Assembly (NCBI GenBank): GCA_964035545.1
Contig: OZ037771.1
Location: 12,337,133 to 12,401,132 of the forward strand
DNA length: 64,000 nt
Reading direction: 5' to 3'
Source of the DNA: Bugula neritina
Lineage: Eukaryota > Animalia > Bryozoa
Each line of letters starts with the position of its first letter. The first letter of the stretch is position 1. The position numbers and the translations under genes are program-made. Shown in pieces: positions 63,705 through 64,000 of this stretch. The notes under the pieces were generated by a model. It saw nothing but the letters and a program-made list of their open reading frames with translations. It was not told where the DNA came from and did not search any database.

Positions 63705-63825
63705 GTATATGTTATGTTTGTCTACACCCCTGTACCGTTACACCCCTATCTACCTCCCCTGAATGTATATGTTATGCTTGTCTACACCCCTGTACCGTTA
63801 CACCCCTATCTACCTCCCCTGTTAC
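63699..63825. repeat. 60-bp tandem duplication spanning the ELMOD donor
   Basis: CTGAAT|GTATATGTTATG...CCTCCC, 2 copies. Confidence 0.9.
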
Positions 63826-64000
63826 ACCCATACTATAATTTACTCTACTTATGAATGGGAATAAATGAATATACTTGTGTCTTTACGTGTTGTTTTAATG
63901 TATAATAATTGCCTTCCTATGAACCTATTTAGTTGCATTGTAATATCTTCACTCTGATTCTGAGTACACCTGAAATAGAGATAAATAGTAAACAATCCTT

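Overview
AT-rich, intron-rich invertebrate animal genomic DNA, not prokaryotic. Manual GT-AG exon chaining with phase checks gives four protein-coding genes. (1) A signal-peptide LRR protein with two cysteine-capped LRR blocks (minus strand, 8316 to beyond the left edge). (2) A divergent MMP21-like matrix metalloproteinase (minus, 10565 to at least 17239). It has the HExGHxxGxxH motif, a furin site and hemopexin repeats, but a non-canonical cysteine switch and an apparently lost structural-Zn loop. (3) A complete TMEM131 (minus, 37 exons, 58679-24574, about 1747 aa). (4) The 5' part of an ELMOD1/2-type gene (plus, about 62102 to the right edge), head-to-head with TMEM131. Mobile DNA includes two inverted 768-bp TTAA-flanked Kolobok/T2-like MITEs bracketing the MMP catalytic exons, a foldback MITE, a tRNA-headed SINE family and CR1/L2-type LINE fragments. 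The most unusual signal is that many unrelated tandem repeats are seeded at exon-intron junctions and copy the splice site itself. One 2.57-kb intron consists almost entirely of about 110 copies of its own first 23 nt. All exon models are manual inferences without RNA data.
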